Origin: Elusimicrobiota bacterium
GTDB lineage: Bacteria > CAYTYR01 > UBA6262
Length of the DNA stretch: 64,000 bases
Direction: 5' to 3'
Assembly: GCA_003153935.1 (NCBI GenBank)
Contig: PMCA01000034.1
Location: 561-64,560, forward strand
Notes under the pieces: generated by a model
Database searches by the model: none
Told to the model about the DNA's origin: nothing
Seen by the model: only the letters and a program-made list of their open reading frames with translations
Translations under genes and position numbers: made by a program
Part shown: in pieces, positions 38,853 through 48,944 of the stretch
Position numbering within the stretch: the first letter of the stretch is position 1
Layout: every line of letters begins with the position of its first letter

Positions 38853-39674
38853 ATGGCAGTAAAAAATCCAAAAAAGAAAAAGAACGTACCGGAAGGCTTG
38901 TGGACCAAGTGCCCGAGCTGTACCCAGATCATCTTTAACAAGGACCTGGAAAAGAATCTGAAGGTCTGCCCTAAATGCGATTATCATTTCCCTCTCAGTG
39001 CAAAGGAGAGGATCAGCCAGCTCTCTCCGAAGAAAACGTTTGTCGAACTGGACGCCGATATGCACGCCCTGGACCCGTTGGGATTTGTCGACCTGAAAAA
39101 GTATAAGGACCGTTTGAAAGAGAATATCAAGAAAAGCGGATTGAACGAGGCGGTGATCACCGGGGTCGGGGACATCGGCCGGCACCGGGTAGGCATCGGC
39201 GTGCTGGATTTCAATTTCCTGGGCGGGAGCATGGGTTCGGTGGTGGGAGAAAAAATATCCCGGATGGTCGAGAAAGCCATCGCTAAACGCTTGCCGGTAG
39301 TTATGGTCTCGGTCAGCGGCGGAGCCCGGATGCAGGAAAGCATATTATCGCTGATGCAAATGGCCAAAACCTGCGCCGCATTGGCGAAATTAGGAGAGAA
39401 TAAGTTGCCTTATATATCCGTCCTGGCCAATCCAACCACCGGCGGGGTGACCGCCAGTTTTGCCATGATGGGAGACGTGAATCTGGCCGAACCCAAGGCT
39501 CTGATCGGCTTCGCGGGCCCGCGGGTCATCGAACAAACCATCCGACAGCAGTTGCCGGCGGGTTTCCAGCGGTCGGAATTTCTATTGAGCCATGGTTTCG
39601 TCGATATGGTGGTGGAACGCAAAAACCTCAAGGGCACCATCGATAAACTGCTTGATTTCCTGTACAAAGGATAA
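38853..39674 (+). CDS. accD: Acetyl-CoA carboxylase carboxyltransferase beta subunit
   Basis: LWTKCPSC..CPKC zinc finger, GGSMGSVVGEK, SGGARMQE, PTTGGVTASFA; SD gaggtg. Confidence 0.96.
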   Translation: MAVKNPKKKKNVPEGLWTKCPSCTQIIFNKDLEKNLKVCPKCDYHFPLSAKERISQLSPKKTFVELDADMHALDPLGFVDLKKYKDRLKENIKKSGLNEAVITGVGDIGRHRVGIGVLDFNFLGGSMGSVVGEKISRMVEKAIAKRLPVVMVSVSGGARMQESILSLMQMAKTCAALAKLGENKLPYISVLANPTTGGVTASFAMMGDVNLAEPKALIGFAGPRVIEQTIRQQLPAGFQRSEFLLSHGFVDMVVERKNLKGTIDKLLDFLYKG

Positions 39675-39680
39675 TAAATA

Positions 39681-39710
39681 TTGGCATTGGCTGGAAACTT
39701 GTGTTATAAT
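39681..39710 (+). promoter_or_regulatory. Possible sigma70 promoter with extended -10 overlapping the called folC start
   Basis: TTGGCA (39681-39686), 18 bp, TATAAT (39705-39710), TG at 39702-39703. Confidence 0.5.
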
Positions 39711-40967
39711 AAAAAAATAAGGTCATTTACCGAGGCTATTAGCTTCCTGGAAAAGGCCGAGAAATTAGGCATAAATTTTGGCTTGGCAGGTGTAATTAAG
39801 GCTTGCGGTTATTTGGGCGATCCGCAAGATAAAATTAAGGTAATTCATGTAGCCGGAACTAACGGCAAGGGCTCGGTATGCGCTTTCATCTCCGGCATCC
39901 TGCAGTCAGCGGGATACCGGGTGGGGCTGTACAGTTCGCCGCACCTGATCGATGTGGAAGAGCGCATCCAGATAAACCGGGTGCCGATCAGCAAAAAAGA
40001 TTTCAGCAGGGTCATCAGCCGGATCCATGACACTCTTGTAGCCCTGGACCTGAAACTGACCTACTTTGAAATATTAACAGTGGCTGCTTTTCTTTATTTC
40101 GCGGAACAAAAAGTGGACTTGGCCATCCTGGAAGTGGGTATGGGGGGGCGCCTGGATGCTACTAACGTGGTCAGTTCTTCTTTAATATCCGTGATCACTA
40201 ATATCGATCTGGACCATACTCAGTATTTAGGTAATACTCTGGCCAAGATCGCCAGAGAGAAAGCGGCCATCATTAAACGCGACAGTATTTTGGTCACAGC
40301 CGCTAAACAACCGGAAGTCCTTTCAGTATTTGAACGGAAATGCCGGCAGCAGCATTCGCTATTTTGGCGGGTTGGCAGGGATATCGCAGTCCCGACCGGC
40401 CAACTGGGACTGCGGGGCGAGCATCAGAGACTTAACGCCGCTTGCGCACTGGGAGCGGTCAAAGCGCTCCGGCAGCGTGGATATAAGATAAAACAGTTAG
40501 CTATCAGGCGCGGGTTGGCAAAAACATCCTGGCCCGGCAGATTAGAAATTCTTAAACTGCCAACTGCCAACTGCCAACTGCGAACGATTATACTTGACGG
40601 CGCCCACAATCCCGCTGGCGCGGAAACCCTCGCCACCTATCTTAATGGCGAGATTCGAGCGTGTAAACCAGTGACTCTGGTCTTCGGCGTATTGAAAGAC
40701 AAGGACTACCCGGAGATGATCAGGATAATGGCGCCAGTAGCCACACGGGTGATACTGGTTAGACCTGGGTCGGAACGGGCGTTACCGCCGCGGCGGATGT
40801 TAGCCCTGTGGCGTAAGGCGATAGGAGCCGGCAAGGTAAGCGCGGCGAAAGATATCGGGCAAGCCTTTAGGCAAGCACGATCGGCAGCGGACGGAAATAG
40901 CCTGGTTTGCGTATGCGGCTCTCTTTATGTAGTCGGCACGGCCAGAAAAATATTGCTAAAAGCTTAA
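39681..40967 (+). CDS. folC: Folylpolyglutamate/dihydrofolate synthase (start uncertain)
   Basis: HVAGTNGKGS, YSSPHL, EVGMGGRLDATN, WPGRLE, LDGAHNP, CGSLYVVG. Confidence 0.94.
   Translation: MALAGNLCYNKKIRSFTEAISFLEKAEKLGINFGLAGVIKACGYLGDPQDKIKVIHVAGTNGKGSVCAFISGILQSAGYRVGLYSSPHLIDVEERIQINRVPISKKDFSRVISRIHDTLVALDLKLTYFEILTVAAFLYFAEQKVDLAILEVGMGGRLDATNVVSSSLISVITNIDLDHTQYLGNTLAKIAREKAAIIKRDSILVTAAKQPEVLSVFERKCRQQHSLFWRVGRDIAVPTGQLGLRGEHQRLNAACALGAVKALRQRGYKIKQLAIRRGLAKTSWPGRLEILKLPTANCQLRTIILDGAHNPAGAETLATYLNGEIRACKPVTLVFGVLKDKDYPEMIRIMAPVATRVILVRPGSERALPPRRMLALWRKAIGAGKVSAAKDIGQAFRQARSAADGNSLVCVCGSLYVVGTARKILLKA
40555..40582. repeat. Heptamer tandem repeat inside folC
   Basis: aactgcc x3 plus aactgcg; encodes KLPTANCQL. 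Confidence 0.85.
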
Positions 40968-40984
40968 CACGGAGGAGAAAACGT

Positions 40985-42103
40985 ATGGCAGATGTGATCC
41001 TGAAACATGTCGGTAAATTATTTAAGAGTAAAAAGAGCGGGGAAGATGTCTGGGCGGTAAAAGACTTTAACCTGGAGATAAAGGACAAAGAGTTTTGCGT
41101 CTTCGTGGGACCGTCCGGCTGCGGCAAGACTACTACCCTGCGCATGGTCGCCGGGCTGGAGGATGCTACTGAGGGAGAAATTTACATCGGCGACGTTTTG
41201 GTCAACAATATGCAGCCCAAGGACCGCAACATCGCCATGGTCTTCCAGAACTACGCTCTTTATCCGCACATGACGGTTTTTAATAATATGGCTTTTGGCT
41301 TGAAACTGCGCGGTATGCCCAAAAAAGAGATCAAGCAGAGAGTGGAAGAGGCGGCTGAGATCCTGGAGATCACCCACCTGCTGAACCGGAAGCCCAAGGC
41401 CCTGAGCGGCGGGCAGAGACAACGAGTGGCCGTGGGCCGGGCCATCGTCAGGAGACCGAAGGTCTTCTTATTTGACGAACCCCTGAGCAATTTGGACGCT
41501 AAGTTAAGGGTAGAAATGCGCACCCAGCTGAAGAAGATCCATAAAACGCTGGAAGCGACCATCATTTACGTAACCCATGACCAGATCGAGGCCATGACCA
41601 TGGGCGACCAGATCGTGATCATGAAAGACGGCCTGATCCAGCAGATCGCCGATCCCATTACCCTTTATGATAAACCGAACAATAAGTTCGTCGCCGGCTT
41701 TATCGGCACGCCGCCCATGAATTTCGTGGAATGCCTGGTGGTCAAGCGCGGCAAGGAGATATACCTGGACGAAGGTAAGATCTCCTTGCAGGTGAACAGC
41801 CCGATCTCCGACATGCTGGAGAAATGCGTGGACACAAAAGTTATCTTCGGTATCCGTCCGGAAGATATTTATGACAAGTTTTTCGCCCGGAGTATCCCGG
41901 GTTGCTGTCCGGTTAAGTTGAAAGTGGACCTGATCGAGCCGATGGGCAACGAAGTGTACGTGCACCTGACCACTGGACAGAATCTGTTACTGGCTCGTCT
42001 GGATTCACATGTGAAAGCAGAAGTGGAGAAGGACCTGGAAGTCGTTTTCAATATGAACAAGATCCATATTTTCGACGCGGAAACCAATAAAACCATCATT
42101 TAA
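40985..42103 (+). CDS. Carbohydrate ABC transporter ATPase (MalK/UgpC/MsmX family)
   Basis: GPSGCGKTT, VFQNYALYPH, LSGGQRQR, FDEPLSNLD, YVTHDQ, C-terminal TOBE; SD ggagg. Confidence 0.93.
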   Translation: MADVILKHVGKLFKSKKSGEDVWAVKDFNLEIKDKEFCVFVGPSGCGKTTTLRMVAGLEDATEGEIYIGDVLVNNMQPKDRNIAMVFQNYALYPHMTVFNNMAFGLKLRGMPKKEIKQRVEEAAEILEITHLLNRKPKALSGGQRQRVAVGRAIVRRPKVFLFDEPLSNLDAKLRVEMRTQLKKIHKTLEATIIYVTHDQIEAMTMGDQIVIMKDGLIQQIADPITLYDKPNNKFVAGFIGTPPMNFVECLVVKRGKEIYLDEGKISLQVNSPISDMLEKCVDTKVIFGIRPEDIYDKFFARSIPGCCPVKLKVDLIEPMGNEVYVHLTTGQNLLLARLDSHVKAEVEKDLEVVFNMNKIHIFDAETNKTII

Positions 42104-42122
42104 TATAGCGATGAGGTGAAGA

Positions 42123-43073
42123 ATGACCCAGTACAGCGTAGGGGTTGACCTTGGGGGCACTAATATCACTATTGCTCTGGTTGACGCCAAGGGAAATATC
42201 AAGAATAAAGTTAAGATCTCAACCCAGATAGATAAAGACGCGGGTTTCGTGATCAAGACCATTATCGAGAACATCAAACTGATAATCAAAGATGTCAGTG
42301 TTAAGAAACTGATGGGAATAGGGATCGGCGCCGCCGGCCAGATCGATCATGAGAACGGAGTTATCCAGTTCTCGCCTAATCTGCACTGGCGCAATGTGCA
42401 CATTGTCAAAGAGATTCGCAGTAAATTCAAGCTGCCGGTTGCAATCGATAATGACGCTAACGTAGCCTGCTACGGGGAATTCATGTTCGGCGCGGGCCAG
42501 GGGGCCAATAATGTTATCTGCGTAACCCTGGGGACTGGTGTGGGCGGCGGTATCATCATTGACCGTAAGATCTACCGCGGGGTTAACGGCAGTGCCGGAG
42601 AGATCGGCCATATTACGGTGGAAAGCAATGGCCGCCGGTGTAACTGCGGCAATCGCGGCTGTATGGAAGCTTATGTAGGCGCGCCTCATATCAAGGAGCG
42701 CGCTATCGAAAAGATCAAGAGCGGCCGCCACAGCATAATTGTTAAGCTGGTAAATGGCAGTCTGAACAAGATCACCCCTAAGAGATTGGAAGAAGCGGCA
42801 CTGTACAGGGATAAATTAGCTCTGGAAATATGGCAGGAGACCGGTTTTTACCTGGGTACCGGTTTAGCGAGCTTGATCAATATCCTTAATCCCGAAAAGA
42901 TCATCATCGGCGGTGGCGTGGCCAATGCCGGCAAACTTATATTTGATCCCTTGCTGAAGACCATAAAGGAGAGGGCTTTGCCGGTTTCCTGGCAGGATAC
43001 CAAGATCGTGCGGGCTAAATTGGGAGAAGATGCCGGCGTTATCGGCGCGGCTATGCTGGTTAAATACAGTTAG
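42123..43073 (+). CDS. ROK family sugar kinase (glucokinase-like)
   Basis: GVDLGGT, DNDAN, TLGTGVGGG, GEIGH, CNCGNRGCME. Confidence 0.9.
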   Translation: MTQYSVGVDLGGTNITIALVDAKGNIKNKVKISTQIDKDAGFVIKTIIENIKLIIKDVSVKKLMGIGIGAAGQIDHENGVIQFSPNLHWRNVHIVKEIRSKFKLPVAIDNDANVACYGEFMFGAGQGANNVICVTLGTGVGGGIIIDRKIYRGVNGSAGEIGHITVESNGRRCNCGNRGCMEAYVGAPHIKERAIEKIKSGRHSIIVKLVNGSLNKITPKRLEEAALYRDKLALEIWQETGFYLGTGLASLINILNPEKIIIGGGVANAGKLIFDPLLKTIKERALPVSWQDTKIVRAKLGEDAGVIGAAMLVKYS

Positions 43074-43089
43074 GCCTCAAGGAGCCGTG

Positions 43090-45396
43090 ATGAAACCTAA
43101 TATGGCCTGTAAAATATCCGGCATATTAGCAATTTATTTTATAATGGTTTTTGCCCCATCGGTACTTAGCGCCGCGTCTGGTACGCAGGACGCGCCCATA
43201 GACCTGACGGCGGATTACCTGGAATACCAGAAGGGAAACGACCTGGTTTACGGCCGGGGCCATGTGGTGGCTGTTTCGCGGGATATGTCCCTGGCTTGCG
43301 ATGAGATATACGTGCAGGTAAAGGATGAGACCCTGCAAGCCAAAGGCCATGTGACCGGCCATGACCAGAGCCAGGAACTTTCCGGTGACGAGCTGGAATA
43401 TAATTTGAAAACCAAAGTTGGTAAAATAGTCAAGGGCACTGCTAAATTTGGGCAGGTCTTTGTGCGCGGGCCGGTAATGGAGCGGCAGGGCCCCGACAAA
43501 ATGTATGTCCCTAAAGGATATTTTACTACCTGCGACCTGGCGGAACCGCATTACCGGATCACGGCCAGCCGGATCTCTATTTACCCGCAGAAGAAAATTA
43601 TTTGCCATAACGCGTTCTTTACTATCGGTGATCTGCCGATCTTTTATATGCCGGCTTATTACCAGTCTTTGAAAAAGCAAAAATATTATATCAACATGGC
43701 CTTCGGGCATGACTCCACCGAAGGGGATTTCCTCAAGGTAATATACGGCTATCCCCTGACTGAGCATACCTATGGGCGCCTGTATCTGGATTATTTTTCC
43801 CGGTTGGGCTGGGGCAAGGGCGCGCAGTTTGATTACAACTTCCCTGACCGGATGGTCGGCTCCCTGTATTATTATTACATCAACCAGAGAGCTAATATCG
43901 ATCCGCCGGTTACCGCAGAGGATACCAGGAAGATCTATACCTTCACCCATTGGCAAAAATTTCCGCAGAATTGGATCGCCCAGGCCAATGCCAAGGTTAT
44001 GACCGATGAAAGTTTTAACCAGGTCACCAGCGAGCAAGACTACCGTCAGGTCACCAATGATATCACCTCTTACCTGGCTTTAAGCAAAACCGCGCCGCTC
44101 TACACTTTCCGGGTGTTGGGTGAAAGGCACGACCTGTTCAGCAGCGCTACCCAGAAATATATGCCGGATTACGTGTACGCGCCGAGGCTGTCCCTGACCA
44201 CCAACCAGTTGCGCTTGCCCTGGAGCGTTTCCTTGAGGGCGCCTTTATATATGAGTTTCAGCCTGGATACGAAACGCGGTTACACCTCGTCCCAGGGGCT
44301 GTACATTTGGGATGGCACTTCGCAGTTAACTCTGACCAGCATCCTCAACCTCAACTGGATGATGTCTTTAACGCCGAGCTTGGGGATAAACGAGAGTTGG
44401 CAGGACAAGGTCAGCGCGCTGGACCTCAGGAAATTGTATCGCACGCAGTATTTTACCAACTTGAATTTAAGGACCCGGCTTAGCCGCTATGTGGACTGGG
44501 ACCTGGGACATTATTACAGTGAAGAGATAAGATCAACTCCGGAGGATTTGCGGGGTGTTCTCACTAATCATGTGACCACGGCCCTGGAGTTCAGGATGGC
44601 CCGAAGGGGCCAGGCAACACCACCGCCACCGCCGACGATGACCGAGGCCACTTATAATCAACTGCAGGGACAAACGCCGAACCTGGTACAAGTATCGAGC
44701 GGCACGGTTAGCCAGCCGTACGTAGTGTATCCTTCGACTGCAGCGGTATCAATTTCCACCTGGACGGTAAATGTCCCGGCAAGAGTGGCGCCCATCGCGC
44801 CCATGTCGCAATTATTGAGATTCCGGACCAGCACCGGTTATAATCTTATCAACCGGCAACAATATTTCAGGTTAAGCGGATTATTCCTGGAGAACCGCAA
44901 GGCCAGATTTGATAACCTAGTCAATACCTTAACCATAACGCCGACTATTTGGATAAGCTTGGCGGCCACCGAAGAATATAGCTTTTTGACGACTGATAAC
45001 CAAAGGGTAACCACCGATATGAGGGCGTGGGGCAACAAGTTCGACAGCGCGGTTCAGGCCACGTTTCTGAAGAGCACACCAGGCCAAGTCGATGTGCAGA
45101 ATGACGCCGGCTTGTGGTTGACCGCTAATTGGAAGCTTAATTTTCACCTGCGCTATACATTGTTCAATGATAATATAATGATCACCAAGTCCCAGCTTAC
45201 GGAGAGGGGAATAACGCTGTACCGGGACCTGCATTGCTGGGAAGTGACATTTTCCTGGCGTAAATTGCCGCTCAGCGAAGAGGCCTGGATCCGCTTTAAC
45301 TTGAAAGCGTTCCCTGCCCAGTCCATCGCCGGTTATCACAATGAACAAATAATTGGGGATACGCAAACCGAAGAATGGAACATCAGGAGAAGATAA
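43090..45396 (+). CDS. LptD/OstA-like outer-membrane assembly protein
   Basis: Signal peptide; beta-jellyroll start (IDLTADYLEY..GHV), FTTCDLAEPHY, PIFYMP, YRDLHCWE near the C-terminus. Confidence 0.78.
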   Translation: MKPNMACKISGILAIYFIMVFAPSVLSAASGTQDAPIDLTADYLEYQKGNDLVYGRGHVVAVSRDMSLACDEIYVQVKDETLQAKGHVTGHDQSQELSGDELEYNLKTKVGKIVKGTAKFGQVFVRGPVMERQGPDKMYVPKGYFTTCDLAEPHYRITASRISIYPQKKIICHNAFFTIGDLPIFYMPAYYQSLKKQKYYINMAFGHDSTEGDFLKVIYGYPLTEHTYGRLYLDYFSRLGWGKGAQFDYNFPDRMVGSLYYYYINQRANIDPPVTAEDTRKIYTFTHWQKFPQNWIAQANAKVMTDESFNQVTSEQDYRQVTNDITSYLALSKTAPLYTFRVLGERHDLFSSATQKYMPDYVYAPRLSLTTNQLRLPWSVSLRAPLYMSFSLDTKRGYTSSQGLYIWDGTSQLTLTSILNLNWMMSLTPSLGINESWQDKVSALDLRKLYRTQYFTNLNLRTRLSRYVDWDLGHYYSEEIRSTPEDLRGVLTNHVTTALEFRMARRGQATPPPPPTMTEATYNQLQGQTPNLVQVSSGTVSQPYVVYPSTAAVSISTWTVNVPARVAPIAPMSQLLRFRTSTGYNLINRQQYFRLSGLFLENRKARFDNLVNTLTITPTIWISLAATEEYSFLTTDNQRVTTDMRAWGNKFDSAVQATFLKSTPGQVDVQNDAGLWLTANWKLNFHLRYTLFNDNIMITKSQLTERGITLYRDLHCWEVTFSWRKLPLSEEAWIRFNLKAFPAQSIAGYHNEQIIGDTQTEEWNIRRR

Positions 45397-45420
45397 TTGA
45401 TCAAGGAGGCAGATAATATT

Positions 45421-46398
45421 GTGAAGTGTCTTATAACCGGGGTAAATGGATTTGTTGGCAGTCACATGGTGGAGTTTCTGATGCAGCAGAAAAACGTGGA
45501 AATATTTGGCGTGGATAGGTGGAACACCACTAAAGAGAATATTCAACATTTGGCGGGGAAATTTACCTACCAGGAATTCGATATGACTGACTGGATCTCG
45601 GTTTATGATCTCTTGGATCAAGTCCGGCCGGATAAAATATTTCATTTGGCTGCGCAGAGTTTTGTGCCTAATAGCTGGAAGGCTCCCCGGGAGACCCTGG
45701 ATACCAATATTATCGGGGAACTTAATATTTTTGAATCAGTTAGGCGCTTAAAATTAGATCCCTGGATACAATTAGCCTGTTCCAGTGAGGAATATGGCAT
45801 GGTCTACCCGAACGAAGTACCGATTAAAGAAACCAATCCTTTAAGACCTTTATCGCCTTATGGAGTGAGCAAAGTGACCCAAGATTTGCTGGGATACCAA
45901 TATCACCAAAGCTATAAAATGAAAATAATCCGTACCAGGGCTTTCAATCATACCGGACCGCGGCGCGGGGAGAATTTTGTCACCAGTAATTTTGCCAAGC
46001 AAATTGCGGAGATTGAGCTCGGGAAGCGCGAACCGGTGATCTACGTCGGGAACATGAATACCAAGCGGGACTTTTCCGATGTGCGTGATATTGTCAGGGC
46101 TTACTGGCTGGCGACGGAAAAGGGACTGCCAGGAGAGGTTTATAATATCTGTTCTAACGAGACCATGTCCATAAAATACATGCTTGATGTGCTCCTCTCT
46201 TTCTCCCAATTGAAAGATAAAATTCAAATAAAGGAAGACCCGGCCAGGCTGAGGCCGAGCGATGTTGCTGAACTTTTGGGAGACAGCAGTAAATTTCGTC
46301 AACAGACGGGGTGGCAGCCTGAGATTCCTTTCCGTAAGACCATGGAAGATCTGCTTAATTACTGGAGAGCAAAGATTAATGGACGGAGGCCACAGTGA
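45421..46398 (+). CDS. GDP-sugar dehydratase/reductase (Gmd/Rmd family SDR)
   Basis: ITGVNGFVGSH, HLAAQSFV, SSEEYG, SPYGVSK, RAFNHTGPRR, RDFSDVRD; GTG start after SD aaggagg. Confidence 0.85.
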   Translation: MKCLITGVNGFVGSHMVEFLMQQKNVEIFGVDRWNTTKENIQHLAGKFTYQEFDMTDWISVYDLLDQVRPDKIFHLAAQSFVPNSWKAPRETLDTNIIGELNIFESVRRLKLDPWIQLACSSEEYGMVYPNEVPIKETNPLRPLSPYGVSKVTQDLLGYQYHQSYKMKIIRTRAFNHTGPRRGENFVTSNFAKQIAEIELGKREPVIYVGNMNTKRDFSDVRDIVRAYWLATEKGLPGEVYNICSNETMSIKYMLDVLLSFSQLKDKIQIKEDPARLRPSDVAELLGDSSKFRQQTGWQPEIPFRKTMEDLLNYWRAKINGRRPQ

Positions 46399-47456
46399 AA
46401 GCACTGATACTAAGCGGCGGCAAAGGCACACGTTTGCGCCCGATCACCCATACTAATGCCAAACAGCTTATTCCCATTGCCAATAAACCAATACTTTTTT
46501 ACGGCATAGAAGCGATCAAGGAAGCCGGTATTACCGATATCGGTATTATCGTCGGTGAAACCCGGGAAGATGTGAAGCAGGCGGTTGGTAACGGTGATAA
46601 ATGGGGAGTGAAGATAACTTATATCGAGCAGGACGAACCTCTGGGGTTGGCACATGCGGTTAAGATAGCCGAAGATTTTATCGGCCGGGACAGTTTTGTA
46701 ATGTATCTGGGAGATAATTTAATAAAAGACGGTATCAAGGCGTTGGTGACCGAATTCAAACAAAATAAGCCGAACGCGCAGATTTTACTGGCGAAGGTGC
46801 CTCATCCCGAACAATTCGGGGTTGCGGAGCTGGCTAATGGCAAGGTGATACGGCTGGAGGAAAAACCGGTATATCCTAAGAGTGACCTGGCCCTGGTCGG
46901 TGTATACATGTTTGACAGCAGTATATTCGATGCGGTGAAAAATATTAGACCAAGTTCCAGAAATGAACTGGAGATAACCGACGCGATCCAGTATTTGATC
47001 GACCAAAAGAAAGTAGTGCATCCGCATGTGGTGACTGGTTGGTGGAAAGATACCGGCAAGCTGGAGGATATGCTGGAAGCCAATAGCATAATCCTGGATA
47101 CCTTCACTTTCAAGAATGAAGGTAGGGTGGATTCCGCTTCCAAGATCGAAGGCAAAGTAGTAATAGAAAAAGGGGCAGTGATCGAAGGTAGCACTGTCAG
47201 GGGGCCGGCCATAATCGGCGAAAATGCCAGAATAATAAATTCCTACATCGGTCCATATACCTCGGTCTACTTTGGGTCCCATATTGAATCCAGCGAAATT
47301 GAACACAGCATTATTCTGGAGAATAGCCAGATCGTGGATATAAAAAGGATAGCTGATAGTCTTATCGGACAGAACGTGGAGATAGTTAAGTCTCATACCC
47401 GGCCCCAGGCCTATCGCATCATGGTGGGAGACAGTTCCAAGATAGAAATAATATAA
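46395..47456 (+). CDS. rfbA: Glucose-1-phosphate thymidylyltransferase (long form)
   Basis: LSGGKGTRLRPIT, KQLIP, PLGLAHA, ELEITDA, WKDTG, C-terminal hexapeptide region. Confidence 0.9.
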   Translation: MKALILSGGKGTRLRPITHTNAKQLIPIANKPILFYGIEAIKEAGITDIGIIVGETREDVKQAVGNGDKWGVKITYIEQDEPLGLAHAVKIAEDFIGRDSFVMYLGDNLIKDGIKALVTEFKQNKPNAQILLAKVPHPEQFGVAELANGKVIRLEEKPVYPKSDLALVGVYMFDSSIFDAVKNIRPSSRNELEITDAIQYLIDQKKVVHPHVVTGWWKDTGKLEDMLEANSIILDTFTFKNEGRVDSASKIEGKVVIEKGAVIEGSTVRGPAIIGENARIINSYIGPYTSVYFGSHIESSEIEHSIILENSQIVDIKRIADSLIGQNVEIVKSHTRPQAYRIMVGDSSKIEII

Positions 47457-47482
47457 CATATCGGAAAAAGTAAGGAGACAAC

Positions 47483-47944
47483 ATGATTGCCGGTGTAGTA
47501 CTTAAAGACTTGAAGTTGCATGCGGATGAACGTGGCGCTTTATTCGAAATATTGCGCGCGGATTCCCCGGAGTTTAAGAGCTTTGGACAAGCTTATGTCA
47601 CTATCTGCAAACCGGGCTGGGTAAAAGGATGGCACTACCACATGAAGCAGCAGGATTATTTCTGTGTCCTGCGCGGTAAAGCCAAAATTGTCCTATTTGA
47701 CAGAAGAGAAGACTCGTTAACGAAAAATGAGATCAATGAGATTGAACTAGATTCGTCCAAACCGCAAACTCTGGTCATACCCATTGGGGTCGTCCATGGC
47801 TTTGAGTGCCTTTCAGCTGATGAAGCCTGGATCATGAACATACCCAACCAATTGTATAATTATAAGCAGCCGGACGAGTACCGGATCTTGTTAAATTCAG
47901 CGGAAGTACCCTATAAACCCTGGCAAAGTAAAAAAGGCTGGTAG
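47483..47944 (+). CDS. rfbC: dTDP-4-dehydrorhamnose 3,5-epimerase family
   Basis: DERGALFE, KGWHYH, IPIGVVHGF. Confidence 0.82.
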   Translation: MIAGVVLKDLKLHADERGALFEILRADSPEFKSFGQAYVTICKPGWVKGWHYHMKQQDYFCVLRGKAKIVLFDRREDSLTKNEINEIELDSSKPQTLVIPIGVVHGFECLSADEAWIMNIPNQLYNYKQPDEYRILLNSAEVPYKPWQSKKGW

Positions 47945-47978
47945 GGTTGGGGTAAAGTATAATATTTGGAGGTTTCCA

Positions 47979-48944
47979 TTGCGAATTTTAGTAACTGGCG
48001 GGGCCGGATTCATTGGCTCTAATTTTGTCCGTCATATGCTGCGAAAATACCCTGATTACCGGATAGTTAACCTTGATAAGTTAACTTACGCCGGCAATCT
48101 GGAGAATCTGCGAGATGTTGCAGAGCATAAGAACTATGAATTTATTAAGGGCGATATTACCGATCCGAAGCTGGTTAATAAACTGGCCAAGGACGCAGAT
48201 GCTATTATAAATTTCGCCGCAGAAACGCATGTGGACCGGTCGATTGTAGACGCTGGTGATTTTGTTAAAACCAATGTATTTGGCACCTACTGCCTGTTGG
48301 AAGCGGCTAAAAAGCATAACGTAGCCAAGTTCATCCAGATCTCTACTGATGAAGTATACGGGTCCATTGAAAAAGGGGCGTTCAAGGAAACAAATCCGAT
48401 AATGCCTTCCAGCCCGTATTCAGCCAGCAAAGCCAGCGCTGACCTGCTGGCCCTGTCGTATTTCACCACCTATAAGATGCCGGTGATGATCACCCGTTCC
48501 AGCAACAACTTTGGTCCTTATCAATATCCGGAAAAAGTCATACCGTTGTTCATCACCAACGCCTTGGCTGATAAGCCCGTTCCCTTATATGGGACTGGAA
48601 TGAACGTGCGTGACTGGGTTTATGTTCTTGACAATGTGGAGGGTATAGACCAGGTCCTGCATAAGGGCCGGACTGGCGAAGTCTATAACATCGGAGGGGG
48701 CAATGAACTTACCAATCTAGAATTGACCAAGAAAATTCTGGAGATCTTAGGTAAGAAAGAAGATATGATAAAGCCGGTGGAAGACCGTTTGGGACATGAC
48801 TGGCGCTATGCCCTGGATTGTTTCAAGATCAGGACGGAGATCGGCTGGAAACCCCAGTACGATTTTACCAAGGCGTTGCAGGAAACAATATCCTGGTACC
48901 AAAACAATAAAAACTGGTGGTTAAAGTTGAAGGGTGATATATGA
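47979..48944 (+). CDS. rfbB: dTDP-glucose 4,6-dehydratase
   Basis: TGGAGFIGSNF, DKLTYAGN, AAETHVDRS, STDEVYG, PYSASKA. Confidence 0.95.
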   Translation: MRILVTGGAGFIGSNFVRHMLRKYPDYRIVNLDKLTYAGNLENLRDVAEHKNYEFIKGDITDPKLVNKLAKDADAIINFAAETHVDRSIVDAGDFVKTNVFGTYCLLEAAKKHNVAKFIQISTDEVYGSIEKGAFKETNPIMPSSPYSASKASADLLALSYFTTYKMPVMITRSSNNFGPYQYPEKVIPLFITNALADKPVPLYGTGMNVRDWVYVLDNVEGIDQVLHKGRTGEVYNIGGGNELTNLELTKKILEILGKKEDMIKPVEDRLGHDWRYALDCFKIRTEIGWKPQYDFTKALQETISWYQNNKNWWLKLKGDI

